Shown piece by piece: positions 1 through 13,939 of a stretch of 64,000 bases of DNA. The position numbers were made by a program, and so were the translations under genes. The stretch is taken from positions 72,788,001-72,852,000 of the forward strand of contig NC_042997.1 in assembly GCF_006345805.1 (NCBI RefSeq), in the 5' to 3' direction. Each line of letters begins with the position of its first letter. Position 1 is the first letter of the stretch. Under the pieces are notes generated by a model that ran no database searches, was not told the origin of the DNA, and worked only from the letters and a program-made list of their open reading frames with translations. Source of the stretch: Octopus sinensis (Eukaryota).

Positions 1-435
1 GCCTCCACATTGATATGACTGTTCCAATCGATATAAACGTATCTATCAAGACCAACCAAAAACTGAGCAAATATAAAGATCTGGAAATAGAAATTAGCAA
101 AATGAGGAACCTGAAGACTAAAACAATACCTGTTGTCATAGGTGCCCTGGGAATGATAGCAAAAGGGACTGATTGCTACCTAGCTCAGATACCAGGAAAC
201 CCCAAAATGGCAGAAATTCAAAAGATAGTGCTCATGGGAATTGCCCATATCCTACGCAAAATACTTTCTATGTAATCTCAAGTTTTAAAACAAGCATAAT
301 TTTCTTAAGCATTCTCTAGAACAACACTAAGTACCCTAGGCATAACACCAACATGAACTTCCAACTTGTTGTCTCTTGAGGTCTCTGAGCGAGACTTGGA
401 GCCAATTTGCACAAATGTAAAGCAAAAGTCAAACA
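1..435 (+). mobile_element. 3' end of R4/Dong-type non-LTR retrotransposon (RLE endonuclease C-terminus + 3' UTR), family A
   Basis: ORF 15-275 has the RLE tail motif (KLSKYKDLEIEI..M..KTKTIPVVIGALG). It is closely similar to the reverse complement of 29815-30293 and runs directly into (AAT)n. Confidence 0.85.
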
Positions 436-519
436 ATAATAATAATAATAAAATAATAATAATAATAATATAATAATAATAATAATAATAATAATATAAT
501 AATAATAATAATAATAATA
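436..519. repeat. (AAT)n microsatellite between two stacked R4/Dong elements
   Basis: Direct reading. Confidence 0.95.
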
Positions 520-2449
520 ATGGGGATGTCTTTGGTTTTCATGAGAGGGACTCATGAAAACCAAAGACATCCCCATTAGAAGAGGAATATTCCAGGGAGA
601 CACGTTATCTCCACTCCTTTTCTGCTTGGCACTGTCACCTCTATCTGATATGCTAAATAGAACTGGATGCGGATATAAATGTTACGGCAAAACGATCAGC
701 CACCTTTTATATATGGATGACCTAAAACTATACGCTGCAAATGACAAACAGCTGGAAACACTATTAAAGACAGTTCATGGATTTACCAAAGAAATAGATA
801 TGAAATTTGGATTAGAAAAATGCGCCAAAGTAACCATGAAAAGAGGAAAACTAGTTAAGAGTAGCAACATCACACTAGATAAAACCAATGAAATAAAAGA
901 ATTAGACCAAAGCCAAACTTACAAATACTTAGGAATCCATGAACTAGATAAGACTCAACACACACAAATGAAAGAGGAAATAAAAAAAGAATATTATAGA
1001 CGAGTTAGATCAATATTAAAAACAGAGCTCAATGCTAAAGACAAGATAATAGGTATTAACATTTTAGCTGTCCCAGTTATAAGTTACAGCTACAATATCC
1101 TTAACTGGACACTAAATGAACTGACCAAAATAGATAGGAAAACAAGAAAAATAATGACAGGATCTAGGATGCATCACCCAAAATCTGACATAGAAAGACT
1201 ATATATACAACGTGTAGAAGGTGGTAGAGGCCTTATACAACTGGAAAACTACTATAAAATAACCACCATAGGATTGCAAAAATATCTACTTCAGAAGGAA
1301 GGAAAACTGGATCAAATAGCGGCAAAACACGAGCGAAACAAAAAAACTGTTCTCAGTATTTAAGGAAGCTGACAAATACAAACAAGAAATCATACCACCT
1401 AATAAATATGAAGAAGAAGAAGAAGAAGAAGAAGAAGAAGAAGAAGAAGAAGAAGAAGAAGAAGAAGAGAAGAAGAAGAAGAAGAAGAAGAAGAAGAAGA
1501 AGAAGATGTAGAAACAACAAAAGCTATAAAACAAATGAAATCCAAACTAAAAATAGAACAGCAACGAACCATGATAAAACGATGGCAAGAAAAGCCCCTT
1601 CGCGGTAAATACTGGACTAAACTAAACGCAAAAGAAATAGACAAAGAAAAAGCCCAGCAATGGTTGAGAAGCTCTGGACTCAAAGCAGAGACAGAGGGAT
1701 TTTTAATTGCAGCACAAGACCAAAGCCTCCCCACCAGAAATTACCAAAAACATATAATGAAAAGAAATATAACAAGTAACTGCAGAATATGCGGAGATGG
1801 ACAAGAAACAATAAATCATATTATCTCTAGCTGCCCAGTCCTGGCTAAGAAGGAATATATTCACAGACATGACAAAGTTGGAACCTACATACATTGGAAG
1901 CTATGCCAACATTATGGAATAACAACAGAAAAAAGATGGTATAGGCACACACCAGAAAAGGTCACAGAAAACGAGAAAGCAACCATACTCTGGGATATGC
2001 CGATACACACAGATAGAGAAATTAAGGCCAACAGACCAGATATAGTTGTCAGAGATCATGAAGAAAAAAAATGCTTTCTAATTGATGTATCAATACCGGC
2101 AGATGACAACGTGTCTCTAAAAGAAATGGAGAAACTCTCAAAATACAAAGACCTGGAAATAGAGGTAACCAGAATGTGGAATCTAAAAACAGAAACAATT
2201 CCTATCATAGTAGGTGCATTAGGCATGATAAAAAAATATTCAGACAAATACATAACAAAAACACCAGGACTTACAAATACATATAACATACAGAAAATTG
2301 CACTACTAGGCACTGCACACATCCTTACGCAGAGCACTTTCCATACAATAACTATCAGAGCATCACAACAAATCACAGCACATACCCAAGGCACACAGAG
2401 CTGCGCTCGGTAGTGAAGTGAAAGCACGCTATAAAAATAAAACTACTGA
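520..2449 (+). mobile_element. 5'-truncated R4/Dong-type RLE LINE, family B (RT C-half, CCHC finger, RLE endonuclease, 3' UTR)
   Basis: ORF 554-1363 has GIFQGDTLSPLLF, YMDDLKLY and YKYLG. ORF 1535-2413 has CRICGDGQETINHIISSC and RPDIVV..D..K.SKY.DL. (AAT)n flanks both sides. Confidence 0.9.
1409..1504 (+). repeat. (GAA)n tract inside the LINE coding region (poly-Glu)
   Basis: Direct reading; one unit lacks a base at about 1468. Confidence 0.9.
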
Positions 2450-2672
<223 letters not shown>

Positions 2673-2693
2673 CAGTAATAAATATAAACTTAC

Positions 2694-3628
2694 TTTACAG
2701 TCTGTGGACCTCCATAAAATGCAACAGCAATAACTTGATTGACGAAGGCTGACATTGTTGTACAAATGATGAATAGGAATGTTATGCTTATAAGTGTAAC
2801 AGTCATACGCTGTTGGTCCATGACTGACGAACTCTGACGGCCCTTTGCTTGCATACAACGGCGCAGTTTCTGTGCTTGGTGAACAGCATACACAAGATAA
2901 AAATTAATAACGGTTAATGTGACCAGTGGGATGGCATTGACTAGGAGAATATGAAACCACCGGATAATGAGTGACTCGGTATTTGAGAAAAACGTTGATA
3001 ACTGTGTTGTGTAGCAATCACCCGAGCTATCAAGTTCAACATAGAACATAAAGAACTTTGGCAGATTTTCTAACGATGAAGCAAAAAACACGATAGCTGA
3101 CTTAAGGATAGCATAACTTCGTTTACATAATGTCTTTGCATGGAACGGATATCGTACAAATCGGAACCGATCGATTGTCAAAACCATTGTCAACCAAATA
3201 CTTGATGTCACAAAAATATTAACGACCGGAAAGAAAATTTTACTATCATAAATCTTCCAAAAATAACTTTTGTTACCAGATCCTTGTGATACAGTGTTGT
3301 AGAAAAATGTCAAGAACAAAACACAAAAATCAGCGACTGCTAGAAGTTGGAGATATGTGTATGGCGACTGGTTCAGCTTCCGATGTGATAGTACAATGAA
3401 ATTCAACAGATTGCTGATAATGCCAAATCCGCATACAACTGGGGTGACGACGCGACTAAATATTATCTGAGCTGTTTGTAGGGTCGTCACTGTGTAATTA
3501 GAGTGTTTGCTGCAGGTACAGGTACTATTGTTGATAACATCGACGACTTGTTGAATTAAGCGGTCGCTGTTAAGTCCACTTAGGTTGGTTTTTAGTTCGG
3601 AATTACTCAAATATTTAGGAATTGACAT
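2694..3628 (-). CDS. Class A (rhodopsin-like) GPCR, FMRFamide/sex-peptide-receptor-like group; first coding exon encoding TM1-TM6
   Basis: The 311 codons include TM1 GIISNLLNFIVL, TM2 YLQLLAVAD, TM3 SSIWLTMVLTIDRF, R..YPF, TM4 NLPKFF, TM5 IPLVTL..IN and TM6 TVTLISITFLFIICT. The ORF stop overlaps a perfect minus-strand donor AA|GTAAGT (plus 2688-2693), a phase-2 intron. Confidence 0.9.
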
Positions 3629-4699
3629 TTTGATATTTTCTTTGTCTTTTCTGTTCTTATTTCGGTTTTGAAAATACAGATTAATAAGGATCTTATTCTA
3701 GAATGAGTTGAAGATAAGCTGTTCCAGAAATGGTTTTATATAAACACAGTACTAATAATTTGAGATAAACAATGTCACGTGTAGCCATATAGTTGGCTGC
3801 AGCATCTCATCCAAACGAATTTTATCTTCAATACTAAAATTATAATGGAATCGATCAGAGTGTCTGTGCTTTTATCTCGGTTGTTGCCAAGACATTAGTG
3901 TTATGTTGCAATATCTGTAATAAATTGCCAGTTGGTTTGACTATAATATACCTTCTTATCGCTCGTTCGTTTCTCAGTTACATTCAAGACGACACTTAAT
4001 GTCTTCTTTAGTAAACCATGTAATGAGATGATGTAGAAATATTATTGACTACAGTCCCTCAGCTGAAATATTATACTCGAGAGGCAAATTAACTACAACT
4101 CACGCATCAACTTGCCAATAAAAATTATATGACAGTTTAGTAAGATAGATTCTGACGCAACGTAATTTTATCTAATCCGATATCTGTCTATTTGATGATT
4201 TGAAGTTGATAAGAAGTTGTTGTAGGTCTAATGATCTAAAGTTTAAGCATGTATGGTTGCACATGTATTTGTAAATGCTTTATATGTTTACATGTTGTCT
4301 ATACAGTTAATTATAATTATGTATAACAATGATTTATACTTTTATTTTATTCAGCAGTTAATTTGTGTGTTTAATTTCATTTCAAAGCATATCTTACTCG
4401 TTTGAAAGAACAAGTTGAAAATAATTGAATATTTTAATGAACTGAGATCGTGAGTGATGATGAAAATAAAAGTGCATTAAAATTATTATGTATGTTTCAA
4501 GTATTTTAAATTTATGTTTTGCGTTCAAACTTTTGAAATATGTATTTTAACGAATTTTATTGTATACGCCTCTTTCAGTCAAGAAAGAAAAAGAGTACTA
4601 AACGAAAATATTTGAATTTATAGACCATTGCTTACTATTGGCATTTGTATTTATATCGGTTCTATGTTCTGAGTGCCCAGGCGAGTGTGGTAAGTGAAA

Positions 4700-5340
4700 G
4701 CAAATTGTCCAAAAAGTAATGCAAAAGCTGGCATAACTTTTTCTTATTAACTGACATTTGGATCATTCATGTTGCTCATATTCGGAGAGTAGCTCTTCCT
4801 CTAGAGAAGCACTGCTTATTCTTTTTCAGTGCAAGCAAATAATGGGTTCCAAACAGAAAAAGCATTCTACCATTGAGTTTTTAACGGAGGACTGCAAGGT
4901 GTCCGAAATCCACAGAAGGCTACAAATTGATTACGAAAATAGGCCATTGATAAGAGGCTGAGGTTTAAAGAAGCAAAAGTCAGTATCGACTACAAACCAA
5001 GCAGTGGGAGACTATCAACTGCTACCACTGACATGAGAGGACAAAATGATTGCTGTAGACAGACGAGTCACAGTCTATGAACTTACTACTCAACTCAACT
5101 GTGGTCACTGTACAATATAGAATATAGTGGAAGACCTTAGACATTGGAAAAGGTATGTAAAGTGGGTACATCAGCAGTTGACACTTCTTCAAATCAAGAA
5201 AATAATCGGTAAATCGGGCTGGTCAGTTCTCCCACTCCATCCACTTTAGAGACAGCATCTAGCGTCCTCAGACTTACGCCTGTTTGGTGATATTTGTTTC
5301 ATCAATTGTTAGTCGATAAAAGGTATGATTTCCTATAAGT
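4700..5340 (+). mobile_element. Degenerate mariner transposase remnant
   Basis: Fragments resemble mariner motifs: IEFL..EIHRRL (ORF 4758-4961), a KPSSGRLST segment like DEPRSGRPST, DRRVTV.EL, a KWVHQQLT segment like WVPH.LT, and a decayed YSPDLAPSDF.LFG near 5240-5290. Confidence 0.6.
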
Positions 5341-5589
5341 TACCTCCCATGATATGTGTATTTATTTATCCTCAAATCTTGTACAGTCACGTGTAGCTTC
5401 GTGTTTTCTCATCTAAAATGGAGACGTGTACCAATGTTCCTATTTGGCAGGCTTCATAATTGTCGAGAGATTTCTCACTAGATGAAACCAGAGGTAGCCT
5501 TGTTAATCCACAAATGAAAAATTCTTATCCACCAACTCGATGTAGAACACTCATTCTCAACTAAAAAGTTCGCCTCCGAGACACAAGTC

Positions 5590-5840
5590 TAGACAAGGTT
5601 GTTTATGAAAGACCAGCAGTCGCCCATCCATGCCAGTCACGCCTCCCAATGCTATTGATGATATTCAAGGGAAAGGCGAAGACCGTTACAGCTTCGTACC
5701 ACCGACGTCGCAACTCATTTCTACAGCTGAGTGAACTGGAGCAATGTTAAGGTCTGGCTCAAGAACTTAACATACAACCTGGTCCGGGAATCAAACTCAC
5801 TACCTCATGATTTTGAGCCGAGGGTCTATGCACTGAGCTA
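5590..5840 (-). mobile_element. tRNA-derived SINE (degenerate)
   Basis: The reverse complement of 5780-5840 reads as a tRNA-like head with A/B-box-like segments (TAGCTCAGTG...GAGTTTGATTCCCGG), followed by a SINE body. Confidence 0.6.
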
Positions 5841-6099
5841 TATATATATGTGTTTGTGTGTGAGTGCGTGCGCGCGCACGTGTAGAGCATGTGGGTGTAG
5901 GTGTATGTGTGTGTAGTTAAATACACATACGCGCACACGCTTATATTCATATATAGGCATATATATATATACAACATACTTACACACACACTCACATACA
6001 TATATATACATGTACACAAAAGTGTATGTATGTGTATTTATGTCATTAGCAAACTGCTTCTCCACTTAAGCTTCTCTGGGAATTTTGGCTAGTAAGAAT

Positions 6100-7075
6100 G
6101 ACCATTGGCTACATCATCGTTCTCTTTATCTATTATAGCTAAAATATAGCCATTTTTCATTGATAATATTTATTCGTAATTTTCATTGATAAAATATATT
6201 CGTAGTTTTCATTGTTAAAAGAATTTTTCACCTGTTTATTATAATTTTAGTTAATGACACGATTTTTGAAAGCTAAGTAAACCTTTTCTATTAAAGTTAT
6301 TTTAATAACTTATGTTATATTGTATTGGATACTATATAACTACTGATTGTTAATTTGGTTCTATAATTATTTAGTTGTTGAAGATATGTATTTTATATTT
6401 AGATTATAACTGTACGTTATTTGTAAGTTATTACTTAGCCAAGGAGATATATAGATCGTTAAATAGTTATACGATTCTTTTAAGATAGGTTATACGTTTA
6501 TAATTTGCTTTTTTATCTTTAATTTTTTAATATATTTCATAAATATATTATATTAATATATAATATTTACGTAAATAATAATGGACTAATTAATTTATTT
6601 ATTTTTCATTATATGTCTATATATTTATTGATAGAGTAAATTTTAGATCTTAATTATTATATTTATTGATAATAATTTAGTTATTATTCTTAAATATTTT
6701 ATAATTATTAGATGTGAACTTAAATTCTAAAATATGAATAGTGATTATTTTGTTAAATAATTTAGATATTGACTATAACTGAGTTAAGGATATTCGTGAG
6801 TTTATTATGTTTTTTAAAGTTATATTATATCTTAATAGATAAATACATTTTTCTATCTAAGTCCGAGGTTTTTCATTAAATGGATAATATCCTTCCTAAA
6901 ACGATACTGTGTTGGTCCATTTGTATTAGCGGTTAAAGCGAGGGCATCGTCTTTGTAGATGGCGAAATATACATTAGGAAAGGTCTTACCCAACGTATCG
7001 AGTTGAAATAATCCAATAAGATCGCATATGCCTGCTCCATCATATGACCCCATGCTTACATCGAAAGCACTCTCT
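6100..7075 (-). mobile_element. Penelope-like element fragment (RT to GIY-YIG), 3' three quarters extremely AT-converted
   Basis: ORF 6853-7053 has the PLE RT motifs FDVSMGSYDGA.IC.LIG and YKDDAL. Collinear decayed IWYNPP, SYSC and NNFK.RF motifs can be read further downstream. Confidence 0.7.
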
Positions 7076-7647
7076 GTGTCGGTAGTTTACTCAGTGTTTT
7101 TACAATTTTTCCGGTGTGTTTTTTTAGACGTATGTATAATCCTTTTTGTGCGTGCGTGCGTGTGTATGCGTATATAGACGTGTGCGGGTATGTGCATATA
7201 TGGGCGTGTGTGTGTGTGCGTGCATAAGGTTATGTTCGTATATGAACGTGGTTTAATCGTTGTATACTTACTTATGCCTTTTTTCTGTATTGCTACCTTT
7301 AACCCTGTTTTTTCTTGTGCTTGTGGGTATGTAGACGTATGTATGAACTTTTACGGTGCGTATGTGTGTGTGTGTGGGGGGGGGGGTTGTATGTATATGC
7401 ATATATATTTGGCGAAAGATGCGAGTGAAGATGTGTACGTTTTTCTAGTGATGTATGCGTACGTTCCTGGGTTGCGGGCGCACATGTGTACATATGAACG
7501 GGCGCGCTTACGCGTATACTATGAACTTTTTACCCCTTACCTTAATTAACGGTCATTCGAATAGCGCTTTTGTCTAAATAGCGTCAATAACACAGTAATT
7601 TCCCTTTGTATAACGGTCTTTTTTCATAACGTTTTTCCGATGGCCGA

Positions 7648-7706
7648 ATAACTGAAGAGATGGTGGTGTGGATTTCCACCTCGGCATCCGAAGCTCAGAG
7701 TTTCAT
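7648..7706 (+). ncRNA. Degenerate type-I hammerhead ribozyme motif about 105 nt upstream of (TA)n
   Basis: ataa-CTGAAGA-GATG...CATCC-GAAG-CTCAGAG-TT-tcat: A15.1>G change, palindromic stem III, one mismatch in stem I. Confidence 0.55.
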
Positions 7707-7808
7707 CTTGGCTACCGAATAATTGTCACATATTACATTTACAGATAAATTCCTCTATTTACATAATATTGAGGTCTCTTTGTTTCTTTTGTTATCTTAC
7801 CGTTTTTA

Positions 7809-7891
<83 letters not shown>

Positions 7892-8014
7892 AAACTTACT
7901 TGGAGAAGAGAAATAACGCGTGCGTTCGGTCATATAATAATATAATAAATAAATAAAATATATGCATATATGCATACATATATGTACATACTTACATCTA
8001 CATGTATATATACA

Positions 8015-8048
<34 letters not shown>

Positions 8049-8052
<4 letters not shown>

Positions 8053-8560
8053 TACCACAAATAACGTAGAACACAACGAGAGACGAAAACATAAAATCAA
8101 ACAAGGAAACGGACTTTTTTTTAACAACGAAAAAAACAAGGAAACGGACTTTTTTAAAACAACGAAAAAACAGAGTACAGGACAAACAATACAAGGAAAA
8201 TTCCCCTTCATCAGCTGCCCCTGGTTCGACTCTATGCGTGTTTCGAAGGTAAGGGCAGAACACGGCCAGTTCGAAGCAATCCTTCCTGCAAAAGGAATTA
8301 AATAAAATTCTTTTGCAGAGGGGTAAAACAAGTGACAAGAACAGGATGTAAAAGCAATACAAATGAAGAAAAAACAGTAGAAAAAACAGTACAAATAAAG
8401 AAACAGGACAGGGAACCAACAATAAGGGCTTTTTTGCCTAGACGGTGGAAAAATTAGTTAGAACGCATGTGAAAAATCGGCTTGCGAAGGACAGAGAAGT
8501 CGATCTATACTTGTTGAAGCACGAAGCTATATATATTATACATATAAGGGTTATGAATTC
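8049..8560 (-). mobile_element. Unclassified interspersed repeat 3' end abutting (TA)n, probably PLE-derived
   Basis: T-rich minus strand ending at a TA tract; contains CTGATGA and GAAAC segments but not in type-I order. Confidence 0.3.
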
Positions 8561-10433
8561 TTTGGTATTTCTTTGGAATAACCTTTATTTTAAGTTGTTT
8601 TTTTTAAATGTCACCCCAAACTGAAGAAACTTAACACCACTTATGATCCAAATCATGAAAAAAATCTAGTGGTGTTCATAATGCCTACTCAAGTTTTTAC
8701 CAAACTTGGTGTGCTGACTTAATGTAATGCAGAAGCAGTATATCTCAATTTTCAGCTTTCAAGTTTAAGTAGTTTTGGAGTTATATAGGTTTTAATTTGT
8801 TACCGCTTAGGCCCTACTTTAGGAAATATCCTCTTCCTCTGTTTGTTATTTCTGTGACGCTAAAAACTTTGACTATGTTAACTGTTTTTCATAATAGTAG
8901 GCTTATCCAACTAGAGTATCTAAAATAATGTCTCATAAGAGAAGTGCTTGTGTCACTCGAAGAAACAAAAAAATATGGACGAAGAATCTCGTGCAATTTC
9001 AAGACTTACATATGAAAAGAAGACCTGTTCGTTTAGAAGAGCATTCTTTGGAAAACAACTTCAGGACACAATGATGCTTCAAAATTGTTGGTCGCTATTT
9101 GTTCCTTGGAGGTAACATCAAAGGAAGGAAAGAAAGAAAGGAAATTCCGGAAAAAGTAAGATTTTATGGCAAAAGAAATTCAATTTACCATATTTATCAA
9201 TTCATGCGCAATCCCCCTGTAGAATTTGGAAACTGAGCGTGACTACATAACTTTTTAAGATTGTGAAAGTCAGACAGCTATGTCAATCGTTTCTCTCTGA
9301 AAGAAAATGTTATTTTTGATTGGAGTCACTGCGGGAACTACCTTGGGACACTGTCATTTGTAGTACCATCAGATGTGCTCTCAGTTACTCAGGCCGCCAT
9401 TCTAATTAGCTAGAATGGCTCTACTTATGTATCCCAGACGATCGAGACTGCGAATTTACTGCAAACTTGCAATGCAGCTTGTATATAGGCTGAACACCAC
9501 AAAATGCAATTTAATACCGGAAATTTTCAAGTACTATCAACCCACAATCCATATGCACAGGATCAGAGGGAATTGCAATCCTAGTCACAGTCAATGTACA
9601 ACATGAATGTCAGCATGCATAATGATGTATTATTTCGTGTATACACATTACTAAGATAACAACGATGAGCAGAAGACTAACAGGATAGAATCTGAAAGCA
9701 TCTAGCATGACAGAAGACATGCGGGTTGCATGAAAGAATTTTTCCCTTAGCCGTTTGGACTATTGTTCACAGTTATGGTTACAATGGAAAAAACTACCAA
9801 ATATTCAACGTTGCAGCACAAAGGAAATTGCCAAAATGCAAAAGTGGATGAGATAAGATAGTATTCTTTGGAGCAGTTACGGGAAAATTATCAGTGAATT
9901 ATATATAGGAGGCCCTCGAATTATTATAATCCAATCATAGATGCATAGTGACATGGGTTTATCCCTCATCATCTAAAGTTAAGACCAAGTACTGCAACCG
10001 CTTAGGGTTTAATAGCCTAAAGCTTTTCAATAGTTCAGTAAAAATAAACTGGGAAGTATACATACAGTGAGTATAAATGTATTGAAAAACATGTGGATAT
10101 TTGACATCTTACTGAGATCTACTTGGCTCTTGCACTCATTCCATACTGAATCTAGACGAGGAAGAAACGCAGATGAAAGCAATAACTGTAGAGATAGAAA
10201 TTACGGCGCCAAGGTATAGCCACAAACTAGCTGATGCAATGATTATAACTAATAAAAGAATAACAAAATATGTATGTGCATAAGGAGTATATCTGTAGCT
10301 ATAATCATTTGATACGAACAGAAACCTTTATCTGCTTACATTATAAATCATGCTTTATATCCAGATAGCATTCAGAAATTCATGTAACACGCGCACGCAC
10401 ATATACGTATATACATACACGTATGTGTGTGTC

Positions 10434-10472
<39 letters not shown>

Positions 10473-10997
10473 TTATATATGCATGTGAGTATACATACAT
10501 ACACGCATGTATAAATATATACATACATAGACGAGTACAATTATATGTGTGTGTATGCGCACGCACGCATGTATGAGTAAGTGTTGTATATGTGTACGAA
10601 GAGAAAAACAAGGAAAAACATTTAGCAGCAAACAGAGAAATAAAGGTGGAAGAAGCGATTTAATTGCTCTTATTAATGTACAAAGATGACAAGTCTGTCG
10701 TTTATGAACAATAACTACTAAAGCTAGTAGAGAAGGAATGAACGTCTGCCTGAAAATGCACGTCAATAATATATCAATCTACTAGCAGGAAAATTCAATT
10801 TCAGTTTCTCTGGTGTCATGAAACCGACCATGTAAAACTTTTCCAGGCAATCTTTTATTTTCTTACTGATTTCAGTCCAATATATTATTGACGAAATTGC
10901 ACACTACCGTTTGTATATTACTTCGATAAGATATTGGACATAACGGGCAGAACCTAGCGTTTTTAGTGTATAAACACACACACACAAGTATTTATTT

Positions 10998-11028
<31 letters not shown>

Positions 11029-11059
11029 ATATATATATATATATAATATATATATATAT

Positions 11060-11392
11060 AACACCCTCCTCACCCCAAAAGGATTAGAAGGAAAATTATA
11101 TGGTATAACCTCACCTCTCAGCTTAGAAGTGTCCACCAACGTAGCTAGGGGCTTCTTGCCGTTAATTAAGAAACACTTCCAGAGAGGCCATAAGTATCAC
11201 AAACTCTTCAACCCCCATAATGTCAAAGTAAGCTACTCCTGCTTAGACAACATCGCATCTGATATCGCACGCATCAACAGATGTAAAAAGGCATCCGAAC
11301 CACCCCTGACCCCAACCTGCAACTTCCTCTAGAAGGATCCTGCCTCTCAAGGGCCGTACTATACATCCAATGGCATTACTAAGAGCTATACG
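11060..11392 (+). mobile_element. Penelope-like element fragment (RT thumb/linker) between (TA)n tracts
   Basis: RKIIWYN...STNVARGFL.LIKKHF...HKLFNPHNVKVSYSCLDN; same family as 39530-40060. Confidence 0.8.
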
Positions 11393-12693
<1,301 letters not shown>

Positions 12694-13190
12694 AATTAAG
12701 GACTGCACACGAAAAGTGGACAGTCAACATGCTAGATATAGACGTCAAATCGCCATTCTCCACAAAAAGTTTATGTTCTCAGATCAAACTCAACAAAACC
12801 AAAGCAATAAACAAGTGAAAAATATACGAAATAAATATTTACCCATGTACTAAATTTAGTTTCAGCTGTTATTTTCCGCAAGGAAAAGTGCAGCATCATC
12901 AGCATGGTCCCATGTAAAATGTAATTTGCTGGACTAAATGCCAACACGACACCAAAATATCGCGTGCATGGAGTCCGGCTTCTTACATTTGAAATATATA
13001 TTTCAAATGCCTTTACTTTGGCGCGATGAGACCCGAGAAAACTAGCCTGCAGCTAATAGTTAGCAGCAGTTAATTTATCGGTTAGAGAACAAAATATTTA
13101 TAAAATTAATTTTAGGGTAAAAATTGATATTTATCAATTAGAACCAGTGGTCTAGCATATTACATGGGACCATGTAATATGCGCCTCTAC

Positions 13191-13301
<111 letters not shown>

Positions 13302-13340
13302 TATATTATATATAGATATATATATATATATATATATATG

Positions 13341-13672
13341 CATATACTCTGTTGTGTCTGGGGAGAGTCATTTTCTTCTTGTGCCTTATAATATAACACA
13401 CTCACCGGTAAAATTTCCACTTTTTTCTTATTTTTATTTTCCTAAAATGTTCGTTGCGTCTTGCAAACTTTTCAATAATTTTGACTCTATTGAAAAGGTT
13501 GCAAGACGCAACGAAAATTTTAGGAAAATAAAAATAAGAAAAAAGTGGAAATTTTACCGGTGTGTGTGTTATATTATAAGGCACAAAAAGAAAATGACTC
13601 TCCCCAGACACAACAGAATATGCTTCAACACACGAACTCATGTAAAGAATTTTGCAAACCAAATCCAAAAAC
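13341..13672. mobile_element. Foldback element in (TA)n (arms about 135 bp, 12-nt spacer), right arm extended about 50 bp
   Basis: 13341-13476 is the reverse complement of 13489-13622; a single-arm homolog lies at 59535-59705. Confidence 0.85.
13486..13524 (+). ncRNA. Minimal type-I hammerhead motif with U3:A8 core variant
   Basis: tcta-TTGAAAA-g-GTTGC-aagac-GCAAC-GAA-AATT-T-tagg: 4-bp stem I, 5-bp stem II, 4-nt palindromic stem III, cleavage triplet UUU. Confidence 0.55.
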
Positions 13673-13737
13673 GAAATATATGCATGTATATATGTATAAA
13701 TGCATACATATGTATATACCTATATAATATATACAGA

Positions 13738-13861
<124 letters not shown>

Positions 13862-13939
13862 GTGTTTGTATGTATATATATATATATATTTATATAACTA
13901 TATATGTGTGTGTATGTATATATATATATGTATATATAT

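Noticed and set aside
2690-3628. GPCR as a truncated 6-TM pseudogene
   Set aside because: The stop codon lies inside a perfect GTAAGT donor and the frame is otherwise intact; an intron is the simpler reading.
5780-5840. tRNA genes at SINE heads (also about 38030-38072 and 55100-55165)
   Set aside because: There is no complete cloverleaf, and each continues into a repeated SINE body.
8190-8260. Hammerhead in the 8049-8560 repeat (minus-strand GAAAC...CTGATGA)
   Set aside because: The core halves are in the wrong order for type I, and I could not build stem I for a type-II fold.
13155-13182. 13-bp hairpin GCATATTACATGG-GA-CCATGTAATATGC as a Helitron 3' end
   Set aside because: No CTRR at the right spacing and no matching 5' end was identified; the hairpin is real but unassigned.
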